The notes: generated by a model from the sequence alone, not told the origin. Positions 1 through 12,584 are shown, counted from the first letter of the stretch. The stretch is DNA of 64,000 nucleotides from Octopus sinensis (GCF_006345805.1 NC_042998.1:197470001-197534000), one strand, 5' to 3'. A program made the numbers and translations.

Positions 1-65
1 AGTTCTTTCCCTATCTCATCACTATGCTTGAGTAACAAGGGATTGCTTTGGACCTAATAATATCT

Positions 66-659
66 GATAGGCCGTTGCCAGCCTCCCCTGGCACCTGTGC
101 CGGTGGCACGTAAAAAGCACCATCTGTACGTGGCAGATGCCAGCGCCACCTTGACTGGCTTCCGTGCCGGTGGCTCGTAAAAAGCACCAACTGATCGTGG
201 CCGTTGCCAGCCTCCCCTGGCACCTGTGCCGGTGGCACGTAAAAAGCACCATCTGTACGTGGCTGATGCCAGCGCCGCCTTGACTGGCTTCCGTGCCGGT
301 GGCTCGTAAAAAGCACCAACTGATTGTGGCCATTGCCAGCCTCCCCTGGCACGTAAACAGCACCAACTGTACGTGGTTGATGCCAGCGCCGCCTTGACTG
401 GCTTCCGTGCCGGTGGCTCTTAAAAAGCACCAACTGATCGTGGCCGTTTGCCAGCCTCCCCTGGCACCTGTGCTGGTGGCACGTAAAAAGCACCCACTAC
501 ACTCTTGGAGTGGTTGGCATTAGGAAGGGCATCCAGCTGTAGAAACACTGCCAGATCAGACTGGAGCCTGGTGCAGCCTCCTGGCTTCCCAGACCCCGGT
601 CGAACCGTCCAACCCATGCTAGCATGGAAAACGGATGTAAAAACGATGATGATGATGAT
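66..659 (+). mobile_element. Family A repeat: 3' tail of the RTE LINE, with about three internal ~130-bp modules and a (GAT)n tail
   Basis: Repeated GGCACCTGTGCCGGTGGCACGTAAAAAGCACC modules, then the ...GGAAGGGCATCCAGCTGTAGAAAC...CCCATGCTAGCATGGAAAACGGA tail and (GAT)n. The same sequence forms the 3' UTR of the LINE at 61100-61437. Confidence 0.9.
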
Positions 660-1764
660 ATAACTTATTTATCACCTGTACTGCTAGCCAATACTCCCTT
701 TCCATCTGGTCACATTACTATTGACACACACCACTCTCATAACAGCTAGTGTTACTACTCTATGCTGCTTACATTGACACCCATCACAACACACACACAC
801 ACACACTTTCTCTCACTATCAACCTCAGCTCTCTTGCTTGTCTCTCCTCATCTCTACTCTCTCTCTCACACACTGACTTCTTCTTCTCTCTCGCTCTCAC
901 CACCAACCACTGTGCTCTCCGTCTTTCTCATCAGCATTCAGTGTATCCCTCATCTCTCATCACTTGCTGTCATCTTTTTACCAACACCTAGTGATGACTG
1001 AATATTGATGGATTAGATTGGGTTTGCTGTTAACCGATACAATCCACCTGTTCTATCTTCCCCTCACCTGTAAACATAAAGCTGCCGTCAGTATTTCCTT
1101 CCCCAGCACAGCATCTGATGAATAAGGAGTCGCATCAGATCTCCTCCTCCAGTCTTCTCTGCATCTCCTTCAGGTATCTCTCAGCCTTTTATCATAGCGA
1201 TTCTATTCTACACTTGTGCATTTTCTTACCAGTAAACTTTACCCTTGATATTGTTGCTCCCACACAGTTGCAAATGATCCTTTTTTAACTATCTGCTATT
1301 TGCTCTCTCCCAATACTCTCCAACGCTTTCCCCTCTTCTCCATTTCTTGTCTTTCATGCTATAACCTCAATAATAGTCTAGCTTCTTCCTTTTAATCTTA
1401 TTCTTCTTTTGCAATCATCTACCTACATGAACATAGACAACTTAGAACAGTGGAGGGTCACATATGCTTTGCAGGGTATAGGGGAACCTTACTACTGCTG
1501 ATGCCTCAATACAATGCATCTAGTACACACTGGGAGGTTGTTGGTGAAGGAGTGGCAACAATGCAGGGTCAGGAGGGCCCTTAGCTCCTTTTTATTTACA
1601 ACCTCTCTAGTGTTGATATCATGGTAAAATGCATCCAGTACGTTCTTTAAAATAGATTCCAGCTATAGAAACCATGCCAGACTTAAAGATGTTTGAAATG
1701 TGATCCACCATCTCATCTAGCAGGACAATGACTTTGAAGAAGAGTTAACTCTGATCTCTAATCT

Positions 1765-2160
1765 ATACCTGTTTCTTTACTGTCCACAAGGGGCTAAACA
1801 CAGAGAAGACAAACAAGGACAGACAAACGGATTAAGTCAATTATATCGACCCCAGTGCGTAACAGGTACTTAATTTATCGACCCTGAAAGGATGAAAGGC
1901 AAAGTCGACCTCGGTGGAATTTGAACTCAGAATGTAAAGACAGACGAAATACCTATTTCTTTACAACCCACAAGGGGCCAAACACAGAGAGGACAAACAA
2001 GGACAGACAAACGGATTAAGTCGATTACATCGACCCCAGTGCGTGTGTAACTGGTACTTATTTAATCAACCCCAAAAGGATGAAAGGCAAAGTTGACCTC
2101 GGCGGAATTTGAACTCAGATCGTAACAGCAGAAAAATAGCACTAAGCATTTCACCCGGTG
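1765..2160 (-). mobile_element. Family B tRNA-derived SINE, head-to-tail dimer
   Basis: Two ~180-bp units (TTTCTTTACTACCCACAAGGGG...GGATGAAAGGCAAAGTCGACCTCGG...GAATTTGAACTCAG). B-box GTTCAAATTCC on the minus strand. Confidence 0.9.
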
Positions 2161-2196
2161 ATGGTGATATTCATCATCACTTGACATCCATGTTGC

Positions 2197-2291
2197 ATCA
2201 TCATCATCGTTTAACGTCTGCTTTCCATGCTAGCATGGGTTGAACGATTTTGACTGAGGGCTGGCGAACCAGATGGCTGCACCAGGCTCCA
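2197..2291 (-). mobile_element. Family A tail fragment
   Basis: (CAT)n CGTTTAACGTCTGCTTTCCATGCTAGCATGGGTTG is the reverse complement of the A tail. Confidence 0.85.
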
Positions 2292-3461
2292 TGAATTGGA
2301 TGGTTTGACAGGACTAATAAATCCAAAGACTGTATTGTACTCTTGCGTCTGTTTTGGTATGGTTTTTATGGCTGTATGCCCTTCCTAACACTAACAACTT
2401 TATTGTACTGGGAGCTTTTTTCTTTCATGCCACCTGTACTAGTGAGGTCACTATGCAACTTAGTTACAAAACTAAGAACCCTTTCAACTGAGTGGGGTTA
2501 CAATAGAGAAGGAGGTGGGTTTATGCTATGGAATGAGGTGTTAGACTATGAGAGAAGTGGCCAGAACTGAACAGGTTTCTTGCTGGAGAGGAGCTGCATG
2601 GCTAGTCATTATAGAAAAAAGGGCAGAAGTGGTTGGGTCAGAAATGGAAAGAGATAAACAGTGCTGATAAGGTGCTTTGGTGTACCCTCTCAAGATATGA
2701 GGCAATTGGAAGTGAGTGGAGATAGAAGAACAGGAGTGTGGGTAGGTGGAAGTTGCTAGAGCATATGAGGGGCTTAGAGATGGGGAATGAATGAGAAGGT
2801 AAATGTAATGAACAGGTATTGAAGGGTAATATGTAGTGAAGGTAGGGAAGAGGGAGGAGAAAGTGACAACTTAGAAATTGAGTAGGGTTAAGGGGTGACC
2901 AATGAGACACGAGTCTGGAGAGAGATGTCACACACACACACACACACACACACACGTATACACACACACCCGTAATTGGCTTCACTCAATTTCCTCCTCA
3001 AGACACTCCCTACTACTTGGTATCTCTTAACTGCAGCCCTTCCTTGAAGCCTCTTAATTTTAATCATTTTATCTGTTATCCATTAAGACTGTTCTCTCCA
3101 CACACACACACTTTACACTGATTACCCCTCCATCACTGAGCCACTACATTATCTCTTCCCCTCCAATACCCTATGTCTCCCACTCTCCTACCCCACACCT
3201 GCAACCTACCCAATCCCATAACATTTCCCTTTTTTTTCTTTCCCAGTCAACTCTATCATCATTACTGTTCTGCTGCTCTCACACCAGAATTTTTCTACCT
3301 GTCTGTCATCTCCTATTCCCCACCTTCCTTAACTCATGCATCACTTGTCATCCCCCATCCCTTATCCAATATTTACTACATCTACCCTTCAATCCTTTCC
3401 AGTTGTTGCCCACCAATCCACCTTTCATCCATTCCCCAACTCTTACCCCCCTCCCATCCAC

Positions 3462-3865
3462 TCTCTTTTTTACTCTTTTACTTGTTTCAGTCATTTGACT
3501 GCGGCCATGCTGGAGCACCGCCTTTAGTCGAGCAAATCGACCCCGGGACTTATTCTTTGTAAGCCCAGTACTTATTCTATCGGTCTCTTTTGCCGAACCA
3601 CTTAGTGACGGGGACATAAACACACCAGCATCGGTTGTCAAGCAATGCTAGGGGGACAAACACAGACACACAAACACATACATATATATATATATACATA
3701 TATACGACAGACTTCTTTCAGTTTCCGTCTACCAAATCCACTCGCAAGGCATTGGTCGGCCTGGGACTATAGCAGAAGACACTTGCCCAAGATGCCACAC
3801 AGTGGGACTGAACCCAGAACCATGTGGTTGGTAAGCAAGCTACTTACCACACAGCCACTCCTGTG
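3462..3865 (-). mobile_element. Family C tRNA-derived SINE with a CORE-like segment and an internal microsatellite
   Basis: Minus strand reads: tRNA-like head (A box TGGCTGTGTGG, B box GGTTCAGTCCC), CORE-like GGCATCTTGGGCAAGTGTCTT, internal (TA/TG)n, and an (AGTAAAAG)n tail. Many copies occur in the window. Confidence 0.9.
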
Positions 3866-4068
3866 TCTCTTGCGATTATATAGTTTCTTTGGTCTTATTC
3901 TAAGGTTGATGGTTTCCATTATTTCTTCATTTGAAGTTACAGCAAGTGCTTTAGGATACAGCATTTCTTGTAGTTTCACGATAATTCCACATTTCAAGAG
4001 AAATTATTCCTTTGTAGACACACCTTCAGAATCATTAGATACCTAAAGTACATTAACAGTTGCTTTAA

Positions 4069-4532
4069 CCCTTTCATTACCAACCCGGCTGAAACCGGCT
4101 CTGGCTCTGGCTCTGAGGTACAAATGTTTTATTTTCATAAGTTTTTGATTAAAATCTTCCACCAAACCTTAGTCACAATTTATGTTCCTAACACTAGCTT
4201 TAATGATAACCAAGTTATTTTACTAAATTCCTTGTTATATTTAAAATTAATTGAAAGAAACACAGAGCATCTCAACAAAAATATGGTAACAAAAGGGAAA
4301 CAATTCTTAACCCTTTTGATACCAACCCGGCTGAAACCGCCTCTGGCTCTGAGGTACAAATGTTTTGTTTTCATAAGTTTTTGATTAAAATCTTCCACCA
4401 AACCTTAGTCACAATTTATGTTCCTAACACTAGCTTTAATGATAATCAAGTTATTTTACTAAATTCTTTATTATAATTAAAGTAATTGAAAGAAACACAG
4501 AGCATCTCAAAATAAATACAGTAACAAAAGGG
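4069..4532. mobile_element. TTAA-flanked (piggyBac-type) MITE, tandem dimer
   Basis: TTAA|CCCTTT...AAAGGG termini, two ~225-bp units joined by AAACAATTCTTAA. A second dimer lies at 11898-12355. Confidence 0.75.
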
Positions 4533-4630
4533 TCAAACTGAAAAGGCCATGCAACAACTTGATTTGGGTCTTCAGAACAAGATACTTGGTATCTTTTGAT
4601 ATCTTCACCACCGATCAAGTGTTTATGATA

Positions 4631-5027
4631 TCTTTATATGTAAAAGTAAGGTTGTGTGCTGTCTGTCTCCTACGATTTAGATTCCTAACTACTCCCACAT
4701 TTTGCGGTGCAGTTTAACCAAAACCAGGTGTCTTATAGTCGTGATTCATATCGAGCCCTTCTGGGTATTAGCGTGCATCTACGATGAGTCTACGATTTTA
4801 AAAAGAATTTACCATCAATTTTTCCCATTTTTAATGCATTTTTGGCATATATAAGGGAAGTAACTTTCTAAAAATTTATTATTAAATCTCAGAACGTAAA
4901 AAGCTACAGTAACACCCCCCCCTTTGTGGTTAGCCATGTTGAGATGGCTATTATACTTTACATCTCTAAAAATGCTTATATAGTTATTTCCCTTACAAAC
5001 CCGAGCAACGCCGGGCGATACTGCTAG
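4631..5027 (+). mobile_element. Non-autonomous Helitron, copy 1
   Basis: 5' TC, 3' hairpin CCCGAGCAACGCCGGG followed by CTAG, inserted between A and T with no TSD. Confidence 0.85.
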
Positions 5028-5214
5028 TTTAAGATAATTATAGAAGTTCTCATCAGTAAAGTTCAAATCTTCAGAAGTCTCTTATGATAGCAAATCATGA
5101 GTCACCATTGTTATCCGATCAGTATGCCATAAAAAGTGACCCGTATATTGAAATGGAAGTCACTTTAGATAATCCTGGCCATGTGTGAGTATACAAAAGT
5201 CATGCAACACTTTA

Positions 5215-5535
5215 GTATCATTGGTGTAACTGGCGCTCCATTGGTCATGATTATGATGAGGGTCCCAGTTGATCTGATCAATGGAACAGACTGCTCATGA
5301 CATTCGTTTGCAAGTGACTGAGCATGCCACAAAAATACATACCCTTAACCCTTAACCCAGACTGTAACAAGGCTGGCCTTTTGAAATATAAGTACTATAA
5401 ATTTTTGCCAGCTGAATGACTGAGGCAATGTGAAATAAAGTGTCTTGCTCAAGGACACAATGTACTACCAGAAATTGAACTTATGATCTTATCATCATGA
5501 GGTGAATACCCTAATCACAAAGCCTTCACTGTTAA
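5215..5535 (-). mobile_element. Family F tRNA-derived SINE, diverged copy
   Basis: Similar to the reverse complement of 63020-63410 (GGGTCCCAGTTGATCTGATCAATGGAACAG..., ACAAGGCTGGCCTTTTGAAAT). Confidence 0.7.
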
Positions 5536-5602
5536 TATAGCATGCGCCTTCACTATTAACATAACATTGATGACATCAAGTGGTTAGATAATGTGCAGCT
5601 TA

Positions 5603-5997
5603 TCTATATATATAAAAGTGAGGTTGTGTGGTGTCTGTCTCCAACGATTTAGATTCCTAACTACTCCCACATTTTGCAGTGCAGTTTAACCAAAACCGGG
5701 TATCTTATAGTCGTGATTCATATCAAGCCCTTCTGGGTATTAGCGCATGTCTACAATGAGTCTACGATTTAAAAAAAAATTTACCATCATTTTTTCCCAT
5801 TTTTAATGCATTTTTGGCATATATAAGGGAAGTAACTCTCTAAAAATGTATTATTAAATCTCAGAACGTAAAAAGCTACAGTAACCCCCCCCCTTGTGGT
5901 TAGCCATATTGAGATGGCTATTATACTTTACATCTCTAAAAATGCTTATATAGTTATTTCCCTTACAAACCCGAGCAACGCCGGGCGATACTGCTAG
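5603..5997 (+). mobile_element. Non-autonomous Helitron, copy 2
   Basis: Near-identical to 4631-5027: A|TC start, hairpin, CTAG|T end. Confidence 0.85.
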
Positions 5998-6582
5998 TTT
6001 ATGATAAGCCAGACATTTATAAGAAGATATTCAAAGTGTGGTAGAAATAAAGGGTGTATGATGCATTAATACCCATTAATTATTGTTTTGTATCAACATC
6101 AATGTCCTGGGTGGACATTAAACTGCATTTGGTGATGAAACTCCAGTTTGGGAGTTCTGGAGTTGTGGGTAATTCAGTCACTGCTTAATCACCATTATTC
6201 CCAAGTCTGATCTGATCCAAAATGGTAGTACCCATCTAAGGGTTAAACAGGTTTTTTTGTAAGGGTAAACTGAACTCTTTAGCTGCAGTGAAAGAAATCG
6301 GTCTAAGAGAAGGAAAACTCCGAGATTAATACCCTGTTCCAACATATCCTAAGCTAGCATGGGAGAATATGGCTGATGAAACTAACATGAGGGATGTTCA
6401 ATAAGATGGATTTGTATGATGGCGGCAACTGTCTTGTGTTAGTGTCTATTCTGCCACAAGTGGAGATAGCAGGAGACGATGGTCAATATCAAAGCCAATA
6501 GTAACACAAATAAATTAACATGTTTCACATACAAGAGGATATTATATTTGTTTGTGTGTGTATGTGTATCTATATGTATATA

Positions 6583-6842
6583 TAGATTCAGATGAATATG
6601 GTACTTAAGTCAAAGGCACTAGAATTTTGTATGGTATTATCCATATAAATCCATGGGGTGATTACAATCAAAATAAGCAACAAGTATATCCGAGGTAATG
6701 TGGTGCGATCGTTTCATGCTACTTCATTTTATTAAACACTGTAAGCAAAAACTGATGTAATGCTTACAGTGTTTAATAAAATGAAGTAGCATGAAACGAT
6801 CGTACCACATTACCTCAGATATACTTGTTGCTTATTTTGATT
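6583..6842. mobile_element. Fold-back element: 82-bp inverted repeat with a 13-nt loop and a one-sided tail, between TA-rich tracts
   Basis: 6666-6747 is the reverse complement of 6761-6842 with 2 mismatches. (AT)n follows at 6843. Confidence 0.75.
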
Positions 6843-7088
6843 ATATATATATATATATGTATGTATGTGCATGTGTACATGTATTTGCATGTATATGTGT
6901 TTTCATATGTATCTGAGTGTATGCAATGAATGTGTGTATGTGTTTGTATGTGTGATTATTATGTAGTTTGTAGTGATATTAGACTTTATGTCTATCAATA
7001 TATATATAACTTGTAACACATATTACATGATATATCACACACACATTATACATATATGTTAACCATGCACATAGGTTAACTATTATAC

Positions 7089-7809
7089 ACATGTCAATAT
7101 ATTTTGAGAAAATATGATAACCCACTAGGAATCATACCACATGTATTATTCTGCCCAAGATCACATGTCCAATACCTACATGTCAATATATTTTGAGAAA
7201 ATATGATAACCCACTAGGAATCATACCACATGTATTATTCTGCCCAAGACCACTTGTCCAATACCTACATGTCAATATATTTTGAGAAAATATGATAACC
7301 CACTAGGAATCATAGCACATGTATTATTCTGCCCAAGACCACATGTCCAATACCTACATGTCAATATATTTTGAGAAAATATGATAACCCACTAGGAATC
7401 ATACCACATGTATTATTCTGCCCAAGACCACTTGTCCAATACCTACATGTCAATATATTTTGAGAAAATATGATAACCCACTAGGAATCATAGCACATGT
7501 ATTATTCTGCCCAAGACCACATGTCCAATACCTACATGTCAATATATTTTGAGAAAATATGATAACCCCCTGGGAATCATAGCACATGTATTATTCTGCC
7601 CAAGACCACATGTCCAATACCTACATGTCAATATATTTTGAGAAAATATGATAACCCACTAGGAATCATACCACATGTATTATTCTGCCCAAGACCACAT
7701 GTCCAATACCTACATGTCAATATATTTTGAGAAAATATGATAACCCACTAGGAATCATAGCACATGTATTATTCTGCCCAAGACCACATGTCCAATACCT
7801 ACATGTCAA
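7089..7809. repeat. 89-bp minisatellite, 8 full copies plus 9 bp
   Basis: Unit ACATGTCAATATATTTTGAGAAAATATGATAACCCACTAGGAATCATA(C/G)CACATGTATTATTCTGCCCAAGACCAC(A/T)TGTCCAATACCT, with starts at 7089, 7178 ... 7801. Confidence 0.97.
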
Positions 7810-7970
7810 ATAATTTAAGTCCAGTACAATAAGTCCTGTATCATATTAACACAGTCACCAGATGTTCAGCCCCAAATATGCAAGTCTCCCAAGTGTCAGT
7901 ATTACCTTAACAGCATCTGAAAGCTTCTCTATAACCAACCTGTTCTCTCACAAATAATTAAAAAAAGAAA

Positions 7971-8368
7971 TCTTTATATATAAAAGTGAGGTTGTGTGGT
8001 GTCTGTCTCCTACGATTTAGATTCCTAACTACTCCCACATTTTGCGGTGCAGTTTAACCAAAACCAGGTGTCTTATAGTCGTGATTCATATCGAGCCCTT
8101 CTGGGTATTAGCGTGCGTCTACGATGAGTCTACGATTTAAAAAAAAATTTACCATCAATTTTTCCCATTTTTAATGTATTTTTGGCATATATAAGGGAAG
8201 TAACTCTCTAAAAATTTATTATTAAATCTCAGAACGTAAAAAGCTACAGTAACACCCCCACCCTTTGTGGTTAGCCATATTGAGATGGCTATTATACTTT
8301 ACATCTCTAAAAATGCTTATATAGTTATTTCCCTTACAAACCCGAGCAACGCCGGGCGATACTGCTAG
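7971..8368 (+). mobile_element. Non-autonomous Helitron, copy 3
   Basis: Near-identical to copies 1 and 2: A|TC ... CCCGAGCAACGCCGGG ... CTAG|T. Confidence 0.85.
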
Positions 8369-9148
8369 TCTCTTTATAAAGTTTCTTTAACCAATACACA
8401 AACCACCCCAAATACACCTATTGTGTTTACAGTAGCAGTAGTTAAGCTAAATGTATCTTTTGTAATGTACTGTCTATACTAAACAGCATGTGCTTTACAC
8501 TAACAGTACTTACAACTACATGTTGAGCTTGCACAGAAGTCTATGCAGCTATTTGACCTACAAGAAATAGTAGTTACATCTTCATCAAATACTACCCTAC
8601 TCTATTCAGAAAGGTTAAATATATACAGGGTAAATTAATAGTGAATATGTCAGAAAAGAAAATAGGGTAGTCAGAGTCGGAATGTGAGCCAAATGACAAA
8701 TGCTTGGCAGAGAACAAACAACATGAAACAAACACCATAAAACCCTACAAAAGTAAAGGTTGAAGAAATTCTTCAAAATACATTAAAATCCAAATATCTC
8801 AGAAAAATGCATTTTCCACGAATAACAATACTAACAGCATTAAAAACAGGAAATACTACTATCTGCCTTCATAATGCCCAAACTGTGAACAGAATACATT
8901 AAATAAAAAAGCGTTTCATACAAGAAAATAAATTTCGCAAACTAAAAGAACTGAGAAATTCCTGCGATATGTTACTATCAGCATTAAAAATACGTTCATA
9001 GAATTATAAAAAACTGCTATCTTCACTCACAGCATTCATGTAGTAATAATTCAAGAAACCCTTTTATAAGTAATAATCTTAATAGCTGCCACCCTAAATT
9101 GCACCCAAATCAGACTACACAGATGCTTTTACAAAAGGAGTGGTCTTA

Positions 9149-9803
9149 TCTATAATATAAATTGGACATGGGCGATCGTTGTATTCTTTCTTGTCTTAAG
9201 GTTCACAGCCAAACGGCTGGGTGGATTTGCGTGAAAAATTGCACATATGTGGAGATGGGTGCATAGAGTGGAATGCAGTTTGTATTTTTTTCCTAGCCCC
9301 CATAGTTACCGAGAAAATTGATTAAAACTTTTTCTTATGGAATTCCCCTGTTTGTTCCACCATTAAAACAAGCAGTTGCTCACACAGCTGGCATATACCA
9401 TTTCGCTAGCAACAAGGGGTGTACAGGATGACAGTCAGCCAAAACTTTCGCTATGCTGTCTCTTTTCTTCTCTCTCACATACACACGTGCAAGCACACAT
9501 GCACACATACACACACATACACGCAAACACACATCCATTTCAAATCAATGTTTTAACGATTAGACAGAGGTCCAATAGAATAGCTCTCAGAAACAGACTA
9601 TGTAAAAATTCTTTCTTCACAACTCCTGAAGCTGTTTTCTGACTGGGTGGGGTCAGGAAATTTTCATACAGCTAGAGGCTCCAATCGAAACAGGGGACCC
9701 GAAATGATAAGGTTGAGAAAAGCTGTTATAGATTATGCCAAACCGAAAACGATCACAACCACATCATCCAAACAGACCGGGTGAAACCGGGCTTAGCTGC
9801 TAG
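9149..9803 (+). mobile_element. Probable non-autonomous Helitron of a second family
   Basis: A|TCTATAATATAA start and CCGGGTGAAACCGGG...GCTGCTAG|T end. Only one copy is present, so the pairing of the two ends is inferred. Confidence 0.5.
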
Positions 9804-10769
9804 TAACATAAAAAGAATTACAATCAATGACATTTGTAAATTAATAAAGAGTAGCACTATGCTAGAAACGCAACCTTTCAGAATAATAGCAATAGAAGGT
9901 ACATAATTATAATAAAAAGCATATATACTCTCACCATGTTTCCTAATTGTCCTACCAAATCACACACACACAGCTATAGCACTTTGACATTCAGACATCT
10001 TCATTGGGATAGATTTCAATGCACACAACACTTCTTGGTTTTCAAAAAGTACAGACAACAAGAGAAGTGATATAAATATTGCACTTTCATTCTTCGTACA
10101 GTTTTAACAATCGACACCAAAACACACAAACACTCACACCTCACTAAGTCAAGTGTAACCAGATGTTCAGAAGTTAACACCGCAACCCATGTAGTATATT
10201 GCCTTCAATAAAATAGTTACAGATGCACTTAAAAAATATAAGGGTAATCCTAAAAGTAAGGTCTCCAAAAATATTTAGAAATCACAGAAACGTTTATTGT
10301 CATTGATGTTTACATCATTCTAAAGTTCGAACATTTATCTATTTTTCTTCATAATCGCCATTTCGGCTGATGCATTTTTGTAGACGCTGGGGTAATTTCT
10401 GTATGCCCATGTCATACAAGCTCCCTGCCATGTCATTGAGTTACTAGAGTCTTCACAGTGTCATTGTTATTTGTCCCCATGCTCAGTAGGGAGTTAGCAT
10501 TCTTATCCTGCCAACAGTTTCTATGTTAAGTACCACTGTCTTCATTCTGACAGTTTAACTCTTATGTTAAGCAAACGGCCAGAGTTTCTATACTGTCAGC
10601 TGTCCCTGTATTAAGTGGACAATGAGTGTCTGCCTTGTGTCAATGTAATTGTACCTATGTTAGCCAGACAGCCAGTGTGTCCATTTAGGCAACCATTCCA
10701 ATCTTAAGTAGACAGTCATATCCTTATACTCTCAATGTAACTGTCTTCACATTAAAGAGACAGCTAGAA

Positions 10770-10987
10770 CAGTGCTTTACAAACTTTTTCTGGAGCGGAA
10801 CCCCAAGGAAGCATTCCACTGGCTCGAGGAACCCCTGTGCAATAATTTAATAGTCTTATGCGCACATATCTGCACAGGAGAATTAAAAATTACTGCCAAT
10901 TTTAACAGTTTTGTAACTTCTTACGGAACCCCTGGACTGTACTGGCGGAACCCTAAGGTTCCATGGAACCCTGGTTGAAACCCACTA
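10770..10987. mobile_element. hAT-type MITE
   Basis: Imperfect TIRs (CAGTGCTTTACAAAC / GGTTGAAACCCACTA) and a perfect 8-bp TSD AGCTAGAA at 10762-10769 and 10988-10995. Confidence 0.85.
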
Positions 10988-11040
10988 AGCTAGAATCTCT
11001 ATATTGCTAATACAAAGAATTCTATGTTACAGAGACTACC

Positions 11041-11271
11041 TGTTTCTTTACTACCCACAAGGGGCTAAACATAGAGTGAACAAACAAGTACAGACAAAGG
11101 GATTAAGTCAATTACATCGACCCCAGTGCGTAACTGGTACTTAATTTATCGACCCCGAAAGGATGAAAGGCAAAGTCGACCTCGGCGGAATTTGAACTCA
11201 GAACGTAACGGCAGACGAAATACGGCTATGCATTTCGCCCGGCGTGCTAACGTTTCTGCCAGCTCGCCGCC
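11041..11271 (-). mobile_element. Family B SINE, full-length monomer
   Basis: Head GGCGGCGAGCTGGCAGAAACGTTAGC on the minus strand. Perfect 16-bp TSD TGTTACAGAGACTACC at 11025-11040 and 11272-11287. Confidence 0.95.
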
Positions 11272-11897
11272 TGTTACAGAGACTACCAGTATACCCATAC
11301 TGTCAATGTAACTGTTGCCTTGCTAAGTAGACAGTTAGAGTCCCCTTGGTGTCAACTCTTTCCAGTTAGTGATCCCATGTTGCTGATGTAACTGTCTCTA
11401 TGTTAACCAGACAGCTAGTTTCCCCCCACAGTGTCAGTGTAACTGTCTCCCTATTCCGTAGACGGTCGGTGTTATAAAAACATAAATCCTCACACTTACC
11501 TTTTGCAACACTCTGGAATAAACGAGAGAAAAGAGAATGCAATTAGCAATGCAACATTAGACTGCACTTGCAAATATGCGAACAGTTAATGGTATGTTGT
11601 GCAGTGTGTAGGCCTGTAGAAAGTGCACAGCATGTATGTATGCGTGTGTGTGTGCGTGTGCAGTATGTGCATCTGTAGAAAGTGCAGAACATATATGTGT
11701 GCAGCTTGTGTTGAAATTAAAGCTGTGCAATGACTGGTGGTTGTTGGCGGCGGTGATAATGGTGGTTGATGATGATGATGACGATTGTGATGACGATGAT
11801 GGTGGTCATTGCTAAAAGAAATGGTGGTAATAATGACCGTGATGATGGATCCAGGTGTGTTGAAGAGTGATGGTTTATCAGTTCATTGACTATTTAA

Positions 11898-12355
11898 CCC
11901 TTTTGTTACCAACCCGGCTAAAACCGCCCCTGGCTCTGAGTACAAATGTCTTGTTTTCATTAAGTTTTGAAATAAAATCTTCCACCAAACCTTAGTCACA
12001 ATTTATGTTCCTAACACTAGCCTAAAGATAGCTAAGTTATTTTACAAAATTTTTTGTTATATTTAAAATTAATTGAAAGAAACACAGAGCATCTCAACAG
12101 AAATATGGTAACAAAAGGGAAACAATTCTTAACCCTTTTGATACCAACCCGGCTGATATTGCCTCTGGCTCTGTAGTACAAATGTCTTGTTTTCAAAAGT
12201 TCTGAATTAAAATCTTCCACCAAGCCTTAGTTACAATTTATGTTCCTAACACTAGCCTAAAGATAAACTAAGTTATTTTACAAAATTCTTTGTTATATTT
12301 CTAATTAATTGAAAGAAGCACAGAGCATCTCAAAATAAATACAGTAATGAAAGGG
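11898..12355. mobile_element. TTAA-flanked MITE dimer, second copy
   Basis: TTAA at 11894-11897 and 12356-12359, CCCTTT/AAAGGG ends, and the same AAACAATTCTTAA linker as 4069-4532. Confidence 0.8.
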
Positions 12356-12584
12356 TTAAGCAGCGAAGAATGTCTTTGTGTGTAACAACCTAAGAAATTG
12401 AAACTAGAACCATATGTCAGACTCCCTATAATAAAAGAGAACCTTTCAAAAAAAAAAAATTGATTAGTAACCAATTAGTTTTTTATTCTCTCCCACCATT
12501 ATCCTCTATTCTTGGTCATTGATTCTGTGAATTTTGAATTCCTTAAAATACTCGCCTCTATCCAATACTTTTAGTTTTTTTTTT

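Noticed and set aside
7089-7809. CRISPR-like array
   Set aside because: The units are contiguous near-identical 89-mers with no unique spacers, there are no cas genes, and the context is eukaryotic.
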